In this document: positions 1 through 37,186 of the stretch, piece by piece
Layout: each line of letters begins with the position of its first letter
Numbering within the stretch: the stretch's first letter is position 1
Source: the human T2T-CHM13v2.0 reference genome, Homo sapiens
Reading direction: 5' to 3' (one strand)
Assembly (NCBI RefSeq): GCF_009914755.1
Contig: NC_060940.1
Length of the DNA stretch: 64,000 bases
Made by a program: the position numbers and the translations under genes
The notes under the pieces: generated by a model
What the model saw: only the letters and a program-made list of their open reading frames with translations
The model's database searches: none
Told to the model about the DNA's origin: nothing

Positions 1-78
1 GTGTCTAAACACTTTAATGTCACAGTATTAAGGCCTTAAAATATAGCTTAGATATATTTTTCTAAATTAAAAGACTTC

Positions 79-560
79 ATTTTTTAGATATACAGAAAAT
101 TGAGCAGAAAACAGTGAGTTCCCATATACCTTCTTCATCCCAACAGTTTCCCCCTCATTAACATATTGTGTTAGTGTGGTACATTTATTACAAAGGAGTG
201 AATATTGATATATTATTATTAACTAATTTTATAGTTTACTTTGTGTTATGTATTCTATGGACTTTAACATGTGTAATGACATGTTTCCCCTATTACCAGT
301 ATCATACAGGATAGTTTCACTTCCCTAAAAATCTTTTATGTTCTACCCACTCCTTCCTCGTTCCCTCTCCCCACTCCTCCCTCCCCCCATCTTAAGCCCA
401 TGGCAACCCCTGATCTTTTTACTGTCTCCATCGTTTTGCCTTTTCCAGAATGCCATGTAGTTGGAGTCATATAGTATGTAGCCTTTTCAGTTGGCTTCTT
501 TCACTTACCAGTGTGCCTTTAAGGTTTCTCCATGTCTTTTTGTAATTTGAGAAGCTCATT
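79..560 (-). mobile_element. Old L1 (L1M-type) 3' UTR fragment
   Basis: Motifs such as ccagaatgccatgtagttggagtcatatagtatgtagccttttcag are typical of antisense L1MB/L1MC 3' ends. Confidence 0.55.
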
Positions 561-583
561 TTTTAAAAATTTTATTCTTTTAG

Positions 584-727
<144 letters not shown>

Positions 728-1338
728 TGAAGAGTTGGACCTAATGTTGCTTACCCCAGGCTATATAAGTGAAATTGAGTGAAATGTGAAATGTTTGATT
801 TAGAATATAGTGATTGTATTTGTTCTTTTAAATTTATATTTCTTGATAATCATACTGAATACTTTCATGAATGGTGTGCCAGATACTCTTTTCAGACTAT
901 GCATCTTTTGCTGTTATTAAATTTATTAAATTTTCATAAGGGTAAAACAAGTTGACACATTTATAAAGTTATAAATTAAGAAGTACTGTATATTTGGTAA
1001 ACAAAAATGACTGGCTTTTCAACCACCCCCTAGTCAAATCCACCACAGACTTTCCTGGTAGATTTAAGAAACCCAGTCTTAAACTGCTGTTTGCATATGT
1101 CTTTTGATGTTGATTATTAAAAAAAAAAAACAAAAACGGCCATTTTGGAAATTTCCTATTGACAGTTTTCATTTATAGTACTCTTTATTTGTGATAAAAC
1201 TTAATAGATTTGAAATAGCATACTGATCTGTGTCAGTTTTCTGATTGGTTTTTAAAAAATTAAAATATTAAATGCTACAGACAGTGAATTGATCGATCTT
1301 AAATTTATTTGTATCATCAGCACTAATACAGATAGTGA

Positions 1339-1686
<348 letters not shown>

Positions 1687-1934
1687 TAATTGTAATGACT
1701 TTGTTTTATCAACAGTTAAGCCTTTTCTCATTACATATTTATGTATTTCACTGTTATGTCAACATGTCTGCAGAATCACTGTATGTAACAAACAGCCATA
1801 TTTAAGACATGCCTGGATAAATAAAATTGGTAGGAATGTTTTCTTGCCATTATATTTAACTTTTCTTCTTTTTCCTTGACAAATCTTGATAAGTTTTTTT
1901 ATATTAGTTTTATTTTCTAGAAAATGTCTTATGA

Positions 1935-6095
<4,161 letters not shown>

Positions 6096-6135
6096 CTCTT
6101 TGCTATTATCATGCTGCGTTGGGAGGTTTTCTTAA

Positions 6136-6480
<345 letters not shown>

Positions 6481-6899
6481 TAAAAGGGTCTTTGGTAATG
6501 GGAGATGGTCATGAATCGAGCTCTTTTCCTGACCTGAAGATGTGTAATCCTCATTTTAATGACAGATACACAGTCTTGATTTTTTTTCATTCTTAGTATT
6601 AGAAAAATGTTTTGAAGTGATTGTCACATTTTTAAGCTAACGTGAATGTTTATAGTTTACATATACTTTTACATTTTCTCTCAGAAAAAGTTTTGTGTGA
6701 TGACCCATCAGTTACATTACGTGGGTTTTGTTGAATGTGTCATTTTTCCAAATGTGACAGTCAATGAGGATTCTGGACAAGAACAGTGCCTAGTCTATAG
6801 TAGGCACTCACTCTTTGTTGAATGAATGAATGGATTCAGATAATTATGACAAACTGGGATATAATTTCTTTTGGCCAGCTGAAAGTAACTGTCTTTTAA

Positions 6900-7375
<476 letters not shown>

Positions 7376-7529
7376 TAATGAGCTTTATAGGCTCACAATA
7401 ATTAGTATAGAATAACTCATGTAGTGCCAAAATATGTTTCTTAGTAGCTCAGATATTTGAAAAACTAAACAGTAATCTTTTATTGTTTTTGATCAAGTTG
7501 ATTTGGGAGCTTTTAAGAGCCTAAACTTG

Positions 7530-7633
7530 ATCCTTTTGTAATAGATAAGCATAATGATTGGGTTTTTATGTTCACATGTTTGATATGCCTCCCTCAAATC
7601 CTCTTATGATGTCGGCACATGACCCATCTGAGG
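7530..7633 (+). pseudogene. Degenerate U13 snoRNA (SNORD13) retrocopy in an SMG1P intron
   Basis: ATCCTTTTGTA...ATGATTGGG...GGCACATGACCCATCTGAGG is colinear with the recalled U13 sequence (ATCCTTTTGTAG...TGATGATTGGGTG...GGCACATTACCCGTCTGACC). It is followed by a short A tract, with degenerate flanking repeats (aagagcctaaactt / aaggatctaaagtt). Confidence 0.8.
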
Positions 7634-7763
7634 TGAATAAAAAAAGGATCTAAAGTTGTAATCACATCTCTGTATCCATTTGAAAGTCTCAATTTTACTA
7701 TATTTTTACCTCCAGTGAGTTAATAAGTAAATAATCCACTTACAGTATGTGCTAACCTTTTAA

Positions 7764-7949
<186 letters not shown>

Positions 7950-8278
7950 TAAGACATTTCTTTGACTATTTTATCTGGGAAAGAAAATTTTAAGATTCCC
8001 TTGACTTTACATGCAGTTTTGAAGAGAAAATATGTTTGGGGGTGGCAGAGTATCAAGTAACATTCTTCTCATATGGGTTATTTCAGTTTTCATCAATAGG
8101 AAAATTGCTTTGAAGATAGCATCTGTAGAAACAAAAATGGGCTTTGAAATTGAGTAATGAAATGTGGTTAACAGTTAACTGATGTGATGTCATTAACACT
8201 TTGGGGAGTGGGGTGGGGGTGGAGATATTCTAGAGATGCTTAGTTGCATTGAATGAGTTTCATTCCTGACTGGCATGA

Positions 8279-8773
<495 letters not shown>

Positions 8774-9058
8774 TAAAGATTTGAGGGTATATGATTTTTT
8801 TTGAAAAAAGTCAATAATTTTCAGGTTTGTTTGTTAGAATAAGCTTTCATTGAATAATTGCATTGGAAATATGTTTGTTTTTTTTCCAAAACTTATGGGA
8901 GTTGTGTGGAAAAAATATATATTTTTTTCCCCTAAAATGAAAGATCTTTCATGTTGGGATTTTTTATTTTTAAATGATGGGTAGACAGAGGATACTTGAT
9001 AAATGTGAATTGGTCATAAAAAACTCACACTTATTCTAGGAACTTTTAAGATTTTTAA

Positions 9059-9391
<333 letters not shown>

Positions 9392-9427
9392 TGAGACATC
9401 CTTACCTACAAATTGAACCAGTCCTGA

Positions 9428-9631
<204 letters not shown>

Positions 9632-9944
9632 TGAAATTCATTTTAAGTCTGTTAATAAGAAAAACATGGTTTAATTCCTTTGGTATGATTTAATCTATGG
9701 ATAAAATAAGTTAAAGCTTGGATTCATTTTCAAAGGTTTTGATCCTGTATTTTGTAAAAGCAACAACTGCCAGAGTTACCTATTTTATTCGTGTTAAAAC
9801 AGTGTTAGAAGTCAAAATAATGTTCATGTTTTTGTTCATGTTAAAACAATATTCATGTTAGAACACGTTAAAACTCTATTTCTTCCGTGCAAAGTTTAGA
9901 ACTTTAAAGGTAATTCTGAAAATTTGTTTATGGGGGAAAATTTT

Positions 9945-16096
<6,152 letters not shown>

Positions 16097-16359
16097 TCGA
16101 CTTACTGATTTTTGAGCCTTTGAAGGCAACTGCTTTTTAGGGGTCTGAGGTACAGTAATTTTGTATGAAGTATGATTTTTATATAGCTCTCAGTAATGCT
16201 TATAGTGTTTAACTGCCTGAAATATTAAAGGAGCTGTTCATTGGTGATTAGTTTTTAATAATGCCAAACATAAATCAAAATTTATAATAAAAGCACATTA
16301 ACTTAATGACATTTCATTTAACTTCTGTAGACATGAAAAAACTGCTTCGTAACATGTGA

Positions 16360-16479
<120 letters not shown>

Positions 16480-16838
16480 TAAGTTTACTCTTACGGAGGT
16501 AAATGTACATTGTGTATATCATGTGATAAACATACATGGGGTGAAGAGGGCTGGAAGGAGAGTTACTAGATTACTAAATACTAGTGCTAATAGCTTCATT
16601 TTAGTTGTAGAAGTCATATGATATATGAATGCTGCTTGCCAACAAAAACTGAGGTTGAAATGAAATAAAATGTAAAAATCCCCAAAAGCAAATGTCTTGA
16701 CTTGCTGATACCATTTTATTATAGAGCAGGCTGCTCCTCTTACTGCCCCCTAACTTTGGATGTCAATTTGATAGCATCTTATCAATTGCTTTATTCTTTG
16801 AGTGGTTATGAATTGTAATTTTTATTAATTGACAGTAA

Positions 16839-17048
<210 letters not shown>

Positions 17049-17718
17049 TAATGGTCATTACTGTAGAACAAAGACCTTATTTTTTGAGTTTTTTGGAATA
17101 GGATTTGTAGTTGGGCAAGCTGGTAAATCCAGAAATCTAACATGCTGTTTTCAGGCAGTCTTTCATTTGGGAAGTACATGGGGCAGATGGAAGAACCTGA
17201 GATAATCGCAAGGATGGCAAATTGCTCAGTTTTTTCTTCTATTTTTGGGGTGGGAGGTGGTGTATGTAAAGACAGTTCCTTTAGGCAGATCACGTAAATT
17301 TTAGATTTGCTGCAAACAAAGATCTCTCCTCTTCATCCTAAATGGGGTAAAGTTCGACCAGAGATGGGGGCTTCTGAATGAATGGTGATCTTCGAGAACT
17401 TCATAATAAAGCATTAGTTGTAATGTTTTTCTGCAGTCTGCTTTATAGTAAATGTGCTGTGACTTTTTTTTTTGTAATGTGCTTTATTAAGTATATTGAT
17501 AAATTAGACTTAATATTCTGAAGAAGATTTCCCTTCAAAACAAAAGGCTTTCTCTTACTGTGTGCTTGCCTCTTGTGAGTAGAAGATAAATGATGTAAGG
17601 GTATAGTGTAATAGATAAAACTACTGCAATCAATCTGAAGTAGCCAAACTATATTGCAGTCTTGGACTTAAGACTTGCTATATATCTGCAAACATATCAA
17701 CAGCCTGTTTTACATTGA

Positions 17719-17901
<183 letters not shown>

Positions 17902-17924
17902 TAAAGGTGGTTTTTTTTTTTAAA

Positions 17925-18660
17925 TTTTGCTTTATTGAGGTTTATATTACACATTCTAAGTGTATGGTTTGATGAGTTCTAACATGTCTTCACTTGTGTG
18001 ACCACCAATACGATCGAGATAGAGAACAGCGTCTTACCCCAGAAGGTTCCCTTGGGATCATCTCCTCATTTGCCCCTGTCAGCAGTTACTGATTTGCTTT
18101 CTGTCACTATGGATTAGACTTGTCTTTACTAAAGTTTCATGTACGTGAAATCATAACAACATGTTCTCTTGTGTTTGGCTTCTCTTGCTCAGCATGATAT
18201 TTTTACGGTTCACCCATATTGCATGTATCAGGAATATAATCCTTTTTATTATTGAGTAGTGTTCTATTGTATGTATATACCACAGTTTATTTCTCCCTTC
18301 ATCCTTTGCTAGATTTTGGGGTTTTTTCACATTGCGCTATTCAGTATAAACCTGCTCTCAACATTCATGTGCAAGTCTTTGAGTGGACATATATTTGCGT
18401 TTCTCTTGAGTGAATGCACCTTGTTGGGTCACGTGGCTTAACTTAAAAAAATTTTAATCACTGTGGTGCATATGTAGTGATTATTAGTGATTATCTCATA
18501 ATTTTATTTTCTTGTTTAATGATGTTGAGTGTATTTCATTTGTATTTTAGTTTGCAAATGTTTGTTCAAATTCTTCACCTGTTTTTAATGAAGACGTACG
18601 ACTTATTTTTGTGTTCTGAACATAAGTTCTTTGTCACATAAAATGTGCTATGAATGTTGA
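17925..18660 (-). mobile_element. Old L1M 3' fragment just downstream of the last SMG1-like exon
   Basis: AT-rich antisense L1 3' UTR motifs (gctttattgagg, tttggcttctcttgctcagcatgat, gtatataccacagttt). Confidence 0.55.
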
Positions 18661-19149
18661 GTTTTAAATACTCCAAATGAATGGCTAGAGAATTACTATT
18701 TGTAGAAATATTTATATGTCAAAGGGATGCTAACAATTTACTTTATTGCTCTAAAATAGAAAAGTTGCCAGAATGCTGTGGAGTTTTAGTGGAAAACATG
18801 ATAGCTGGTGTTACTGAGTAAATTTGAGTGTTAAATGTCAATGTAAGCTAACGGCCAAGATAGGGACCACTGCAGGGTGGTTACTTGCAGCTATGACTCA
18901 ACTGGTCCTTCACTGCCAAACATACCTGGGGTTGGATCATTGGCCTGACGTTTGCAAATTGAGGAACCTTAGGGCAAATCAATGAACTTCTGAACTGCCT
19001 TCGTCTTCAGTTATATGGGGATTTCCCCACTTTTGAGGTACTTGTAAGGATTATATGAGATGAAGAGATGAGACAAGGTATATAAAAGTCCTAGCACAGA
19101 GCGTGTCATATAATATGGCTTCACAAGTACCCTCATCTCCTTTCCAGTC

Positions 19150-23429
<4,280 letters not shown>

Positions 23430-24241
23430 TTACATAGTTGAACAACTATTCTTTGGACATCTTTTAGTCCAGTAGACGGTGTTAAACTTGAAGACAAATA
23501 ACGATTTGACCTGTGATATTTGTTTTTCCCTCTTATCTTCTAAGCCCATTCATCCAGATCATTCATCACCTTTAAAGGCATCCCCAGAGGGAGGCAGGTC
23601 TGGACAGAGCTGAAGATTGCACAGGCCATTTGCAGGCTGGATTAGTTCTGTGGTGACCCACCTGTCTGACTCGAGTTATTTTTTTCCCATGTCTGGACAA
23701 GACTGACCTCTGCCCAGCAACTCAGGCCTGGATTTAGTCCAAGGGCCCTCAGTGGCTTGTTTGTTTGTTTTTTCAGGAAGTGAAGAATTTAGAGGGATAA
23801 AAGGCGGAAATAACTTTTCAGCCTCTGACCTTTGTAACAATCTAGTTTCCTTTTAAAGGAGCATTGTTTGGGCCTGGGGCCACCTAGACCTTCTGATGCT
23901 CTTTCCCCACCCTTGGAGGAGGAGGAAAGGAAGAAAATGGGCCCTGAGCGATCACCACATACCAGGCCCTGGGGGTCTAGTGGCGAAGGAGGCAGGTAGG
24001 GTCTCTTGCTTTCATGGAGCTTCTAGTCAAGCGAGACGCACTAAACAGTAAAGGGACAAATAGGATTACTGGAGGTAGCCCTAACTACTGGGACAGAAAC
24101 AAGATGGTAAGATAGAGAAGGAAGAGTGGCCTGCTCAGATGGGGTGGTCCAGAGGCCTCTCGGGGGAGGTGACTCCTTTTTATTTTATTTTTTTTGAGAT
24201 GGAATCTAGCTCTGTCGCCCAGCCTGAAGTGCAGTCGTGTG

Positions 24242-24698
24242 TTTCATGCGCGTCCGTGTGAAGAGACCACCAAACAGGCTTTGTGTGAGCAACATGGCTG
24301 TTTATTTCACCTGGGTGCAGGCGGGCTGAGTCCGAAAAGAGAGTCAGCAAAGGGTGGTGGATTATCATTAGTTCTTACAGGTTTTGGGATAGGGGGTGAA
24401 GAGCCATGTTTTGCAGGCAGGGGTGGATCTCACAAAGTACATTCTCAAGGGTGGGGAGAATTACAAAGAACCTTCTTAAGGGTTGGGGAGATTACAAAGT
24501 ACCTTCTTAAGGGTGGGGGAGATTACAAAGTACATTGAAGAGTTAGGGTGGGGCAGAAACAAATCACAATGGTGGAATGTCATCAGTTAAGGCTATTTTT
24601 ACTTCTTGTGTGGATCTTCAGTTACTTCAGGCCATCTGGATGTATACGTGCAAGTCACAGGGGATGCAATGGCTTGGCTTGGGCTCAGAGGCCTGACA
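24242..24698 (-). mobile_element. Solo LTR7 (HERV-H LTR) inserted into a minus-strand Alu (about 24177-24870)
   Basis: The minus strand begins TGTCAGGCCTCTGAGCCCAAGC and ends CACGGACGCGCATGAAA. A 5-bp target duplication GTGTG lies at 24237-24241 and 24699-24703, and the Alu resumes in register. Confidence 0.9.
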
Positions 24699-24870
24699 GT
24701 GTGATCTTGGCTCACTGCAAACTCTGCCTCCTGGGTTCAAGCAATTTTTGTGCCTCAGCTTCCCGAGTAGCTGGGATTACAGGTGCCCGCCACCATGCCC
24801 AGCTAATTTTTGTATTTTTAGTAGAGACATAGAGTTTCACCAGATTGGCCAGGCTGGTCTCGAACTCCTG

Positions 24871-25912
24871 TCTCACGTGTCTGTGTGAAGAGACCACCAA
24901 ACATGCTTTGTGTGAGCAACATGGCTGTTTATTTCACCTGGGTGCAGGCGGGCTGAGTCCGAAAAAGGAGTCAACAAAGGGTGGTGTGATTATCACTGGT
25001 TCTTATAGATTTGGGGATAGGCGGTGGAGTTAAGAGCAGTGTTTTGGGGGCAGGAGGTGGATCTCATAAAGTACATTGTCAAAGGTGAGGAGAATTACAA
25101 AGAAACTTCTTAAGGGTGGGGGAGATGATAAAGAACCTTCTTAAGAGTGGGGCAGATTACAAAGTACATTGATCAGTTAGGGTGGGGCAGAAACAAATGA
25201 CAATGGTGGAATGTCTTCAGTTAAGGCTGTTTTCACTTCTGTGGATCTTCAGTTGCTTCAGGCCATCTGGATGTATACGTGCAGGTCACTGGGATATGAT
25301 GGCTTAGCTTGGACTCAGAGGCCTGACATTCCTGTCTTCTTATGTTAATAAGAAAAATAAAACAAAATAGTGGTAAAGTGTTGGGGTGGCGAAAATTTTT
25401 GGGGGTGATATGGAGAGATAATGGGCGATGTTTCTCAGGGCTGCTTCGAGTGGGATTAGGGGCGGCATGGGAACCTACAGTGGGAGAGATTCAACTGAAG
25501 AAAGATTTTGGGGTAAGGGCTGATACTGTGGGGTTGTTAGAAGGAGCATTTGTCATATAGAATTATTGGTGATGGCCTGAATATGGTTTTGTATGAATTG
25601 AGAAACTAAACAGAAGACACACGGTCCGAATAAGAGAAGGAGAAAAACAGGTATTAAAGGACTAAGAATTGGGAGGACCCAGGACATCCAATTAAGAGAG
25701 TGCCCAAGGGGGTTCAGCATAATTATTTGCTTGGTTGGCAAGTTTTTGGACTCTATCCTTGAGTTTTTTTATGTTGTCATATACCAGGCCAGATTGATTT
25801 AGGTAAAAACAACACTCTTCATTTAAAAATATACAGAGTCGTCCTTTTTCAGCAATGAGTAAATTGAGGCCTTGGCGATTTTGGAGGAAAGAGAATTGCA
25901 AAGCCAGCAATT
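24871..25912 (-). mobile_element. HERV-H 3' remnant: second LTR7 (about 24871-25328), polypurine tract and degraded env TM region (about 25550-25910)
   Basis: LTR start TGTCAGGCCTCTGAG is preceded by the purine tract AAGAAGACAGGAA on the minus strand. The peptide LQNRQGLNLLIAEKGRLCIFLNEECCFYLNQSG matches the immunosuppressive domain plus CX6CC, followed by a hydrophobic TM stretch, with stops and frameshifts. Confidence 0.85.
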
Positions 25913-25914
25913 GT

Positions 25915-27468
25915 TTCTTTTTTTATTTATTTATTTACTTATTTTTTTAAATTATACTTTAAGTTATAGGGTACATGTACACAATGTGCAGGTTTGTTAC
26001 ATATGTATACATGTGCCATGTTGGTGTACTGCACCCATTAACTCGTCATTTACATTAGGTGTATCTCCTACTGCTATCCCTTCCCCCTCCCCCACCACAC
26101 AAGAGGCCCCAGTGTGTGATGTTCCCCTTCCTGTGTCCAAGTGTTCTCATTGTTCAATTCCCATCTGTGAGTGAGAACATGCGGTGTTTGGTTTTTTGTC
26201 CTTGTGATAGTTTGCTGAGAGTGATCGTTTCCAGCTTCATCCATGTCTCTACAAAGGACATGAACTCATCCTTTTTTATGGCTGCATAGTACTCCATGGT
26301 GTATCTGTGCCACATTTTCTTAATCCAGTCTATCATTGATGGACATTTGTGTTGGTTCCAAGTCTTCACTATCGTGAATATTGCCGCGATAAACATACGT
26401 GTGCATGTGTCTTTATAGCAGCATGATTTATAATCCTTTGGGTATGTATCCAGTAATGGGATGGCTGGGTCAAATGGTATTTCTAGTTCTAGATCCCTGA
26501 GGAATCGCCACACTGTCTTCCACAATGGTTGAACCAGTTTACAGTCCCACCAACAGTGTAAAAGTGTTCCTATTTCTCCACATCCTCTCCAGCACCTGTT
26601 GTTTCCTGACTTTTTAATGATCGCCATTCTAACTGGTGTGAGATGATATCTCATTGCGGTTTTGATTTGCATTTCTCTGATGGCCAGTGATGATGAGCAT
26701 TTTTTCATGTGTCTGTTGGCTGCATAAATGTCTTCTTTTGAGAAGTGTCTGTTCATATGCTTTGCCCACTTTTTGATGGGGTTTGTTTTTTTTCTTGTAA
26801 ATTTGTTGGTGTTCTTTGTAGATTCTGGATATTAGCCTTTTGTCAGATAAGTAGATGGCAAAAATTTTCTCCCATTCTCTAGGTTGCCTGTTCACACTGA
26901 TCCTAGTTTCTTTTGCTGTGCAGAAGCTCTTTAGTTTAATTAGATCCCATTTGTCAGTTTTGGCTTCTGTTGCCATTGCTTTTGGTGTTTTAGACATGAA
27001 GTCCTTGCCCATCCCTATGTCCTGAATGGTATTGCCTAGGTTTTCTTCTAGGGTTTTTACGGCTTTAGGTCTAACATTTAAGTCTTTAATCCATCTTGAA
27101 TTAATTTTTGTATAAGGTGTAAGGAAGGGATCCAGTTTCAGCTTTCTACATAGGGCTAGCCAGTTTTCCCAGCACTATTTATTAAGTAGGGAATCCTTTC
27201 CGCATTTCTTGTTTTTGTCAGGTTTGTCAAAGATCAGATGGTTGTAGATGTGTGGTATTATTTCTGAGGGCTCTGTTCTGTTCCATTGGTCTATATGTCT
27301 GTTTTGGTACCAGTACCAGGCTGTTTTGGTTACTGTAGCCTTGTAGTATAGTTTGAAGTCAGGTAGCATGATGCCTCCAGCTTTGTTCATTGGGCTTAGG
27401 ATTGTCTTGGCAATGCGGGCTCTTTTTTGGTTCCATATGAACATTAAAGTAGTCTTTTGCAACTCTCA
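25915..27468 (-). mobile_element. 5'-truncated L1PA element (ORF2 C-terminus plus 3' UTR)
   Basis: Minus-strand ORFs are broken L1 ORF2p ([14 protein letters not shown]...[16 protein letters not shown]; [23 protein letters not shown]), with the primate L1 3' UTR and tail. Confidence 0.95.
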
Positions 27469-28100
27469 TCAGCCCAGTTTAATATTACCTATTTATTATA
27501 ATGTAATGCTGCTCGCACAACTGAGAAAATACTGTTGCTTTACCCCCTCCAGCTCTGTAGCAGCCACGCAGAAATCATAGAACTGTAAACATATGCTAAT
27601 TACACAACCTATGTAGGCAATCAATATTAAGAAAAATTTTTACTGCCCGGTATTTCTGTGGTTGAAAATGTAGAGTCTAATTTTGATCCGCAGTAACATC
27701 TAGGTTAATGTTGATTCAGAAGGAAAACGTTTGTTGTTGCCATGAGAAGAGGCATTGAAATGCTGAATCACCACCACAAATGTTACCACTATTAATATAA
27801 GGAGATACATAGGAAGATGGAATTAGACCATCTCGGACCACCAGGTTTACAATTCCACCTGCAGATACATGCAAGAAGTATTGTCACAATACTTATGTCA
27901 CGTTATTCCGTTGAGGTCATCACCAACTAAGCTTATAATTAATGTGTGGTCAATTTGGTCAATGTCACCAGCGTAGCATACTAACAAAAACAAGGGTTGC
28001 AAAGTCAAATGCCTATAAGGCAGAACGTAAGACGGTAGGAAGCAAAGTCTATAGGGAGCTATATAATAGAGGCTGCAGATTCATGGCAGATTCTAAAGCA

Positions 28101-28490
28101 CAGCAGTCCCCAACATTTTTGGCACCAGGGACCGGCTTTGTGGAAGACAATTTTTCCACAGGCGGCAAGGGATGGGGCGCAGGATGGTAATGGTCTTGGG
28201 ATGAAACTGTTCCACCACAAATCATCAGGAATTAGATTCTCATAAGGAATATGCAACCTGGATCCCTCGTGTGTGCAATTCACAACAGGGTTCATGCTCC
28301 TGTAAGAATCTAATGATGCTGCTGATCTGACAGGAGGCAGAGCTCAGGCAGCAATGCAAGCAATGGGGAGCAGCCAGAAATACAGACGAAGCTTCAGTTG
28401 TTACCCACCATTCACCTCCTGCTCTGTGGCCCAGTTCCTAACAGGCCACAGACCAGTACATGTCCATGGCCCAGGGGTCAGGGACCCCTG
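28101..28490. mobile_element. MER1 (Charlie3-derived hAT) element
   Basis: Termini cagcagtccccaacatttttggcaccagggaccgg ... gggacccctg. Confidence 0.75.
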
Positions 28491-28572
28491 CTGTGGCACA
28501 TTGCTTAATAGAGGACTGTAGCAGCCATGTGCCCTGACCTTTCCTTTTTTTTTTTTTTTTTTTTTTTTTTGA

Positions 28573-29179
<607 letters not shown>

Positions 29180-29662
29180 TAAAATATCATAGACATTATA
29201 TCACTTCAACCACGAAAAAAAAAGTATGTGAGGCAGAAAATGGAAGCAACCATGCCTAATTTATTGTTGAATACTTTTTCCGTATACCAAGAGCTTCCTT
29301 TGCACTAGCATCTGAAACTATATCCAGAATGACACTGGTTTTCATAAAAGTGTTGATCCTCACACCTCTTTATAGTCTTGCACCTAGCACAGTGGAGTGA
29401 AACACTTTAAATAGCACTTGTTCCTTGAGTATATATGGAAAAAAGTGAAGTATTGATAAGTGCTCAGCTAATATGAGCAGCATCTCAGGAGTCTCCAATT
29501 CTTGAATTACCAGGGAGTATTTTTACCATTTTCCCCCAGTGAAAGGCCTATTTTGAGAGACTTACCCTCCAAAATGAATGTATTAAGTCATGTTCCTTTT
29601 TTTTTTTTTTTTTTGAGACAGGGCCTTGCTCTGTTGCCCAGGCTGGAGTGCAGTAGCATGAT

Positions 29663-30523
<861 letters not shown>

Positions 30524-30929
30524 TGATCATTGCCCACTGCGGCTTCCACCTCCCGGGTTCAAGAGATCCTCCTGCCTCACCCTCCCAAGGTGCTGGGACT
30601 ACAGGTGTGTGCCACCAGCTCAGCTAATTTTTGTATTTTTTGTAGAGATGGTGTTTTTCCATGTTGCCCAGGCTGGTCTCAAACTCCTGGGCTCAAGCAA
30701 TCCTTCTGTCTCAGCCTCCCAAAGTACTGGGATTACAGGCATGTCCCACCATGCCCAGACTAATATTTACTTTTAATCAGACTAAGATAGGGTTACTACT
30801 TGAGTTGCTATGGCTCCAGCTGAAAGAAAGCCCGTGCAGTCATATCACGCGTAAACATTTGCTTTATGCTAAAAATATGGTGGACCTGGCATTACAGCTA
30901 TTACAAATCTCCTAAGATGTCTCGGGTAG

Positions 30930-31295
30930 TGTATTAGTTACTTTTCATACTGCTATGAAGAAATACTGGAAACTGGGTAATTTATAAAGAAAAAGAGGTT
31001 TAATGTACTCACAGTTCCACAAGGCTGGAGAGGCCTCAGAATCATGGTGGAAGGCAAAGAAGGAGCAAAAAGGTATGTCTTCCATGGCAGCAGGCAAGAG
31101 AGCACGTGCAGGGAAACTGCCCTTTATAAAACCATCAGATTTAGTGAGATGTATTCACTATCACGAGAACAGTATGGGAAAAACCTGCCCCCATGATTCG
31201 ATTACCTCCTACCGGGTCCCTCCCACGACACATGGGGATTATGGGAACTACAATTCAAGATGAAATTTGGGTGGGGACGCAGCCAAACCATATCG
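30930..31295 (-). mobile_element. THE1 (MaLR) solo LTR
   Basis: tgtattagt...gggtaatttataaagaaaaagaggtttaat...cagccaaaccatatc, with 5-bp target duplication GGTAG. Confidence 0.85.
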
Positions 31296-31640
31296 GGTAG
31301 CAACAACCTAGGGTCAGTTTTGCAGGTGGTAAAGCCATTTACCAAGATAGTTGTGGGTAAAGAAGGGCAGATTTATTAGAGAAATTGTGAAAATATGTTG
31401 CAGTGGGCAGCTCAGCAGAGAAGGGGCTACCTGCAAAGAGGCAAGGGCTGGAGGAAAGTTTTATAGGGTCCTGCTGAAGGGTGCTACGTGTGGAATGAGG
31501 TCATTGTGCCCGCAGGTTGTTTGTGATTAGCTGTCTCTAACAATTGTTCATACAATAATTGTTCATTATTGTTCTCAACTTGGGGCTCTCCCCAACCTGG
31601 GGACCCTTCCTTATTGTTGCTTACTTATCAGGTCTCCACA
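31296..31640 (-). mobile_element. ERV-type LTR fragment, family not assigned
   Basis: Minus strand begins TGTGGAGACCTGATAAG and contains TATA-like and AATAAA motifs in LTR order. Confidence 0.4.
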
Positions 31641-32045
31641 TAAAGGTGTGGAAACTTCATTCATTCATATCTTCAACACAAATTGTAGGTAGCCTGTTTT
31701 TTAAAACATTTATTCAACAAATATTTAGTCCAAGCCACTATTACTTACTACCTTCTCTACTATTGTATGGACTTTTAACTATCTCTGACACTATTCACTA
31801 TTCTTCCACATTCTCTATTATTTATACCTATGGTAAAATTTGCCAGTTTGACCATACAACTAATACTCACAGGGAATATATAGAGTCTAGAAGAAAATAT
31901 ACAGGTCCTTAAAGGCTGCCCTGCCAACAAAACCATAACGCAGGAACAAACATCACAACTATGCCAAATAATCAATCCTACAATGTCCAAAATTTTACTT
32001 TAAAACTGGAATTACCAGACTTCCTTTCTGCATTAACCAGTTTAA

Positions 32046-37186
<5,141 letters not shown>

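Noticed and set aside
7571-7637. Novel C/D-box snoRNA
   Set aside because: Better explained as part of a U13 retrocopy; there is no canonical box C after the stem.
25553-27462. Intact env or L1 ORF2 proteins
   Set aside because: Both are truncated and broken by stops and frameshifts.
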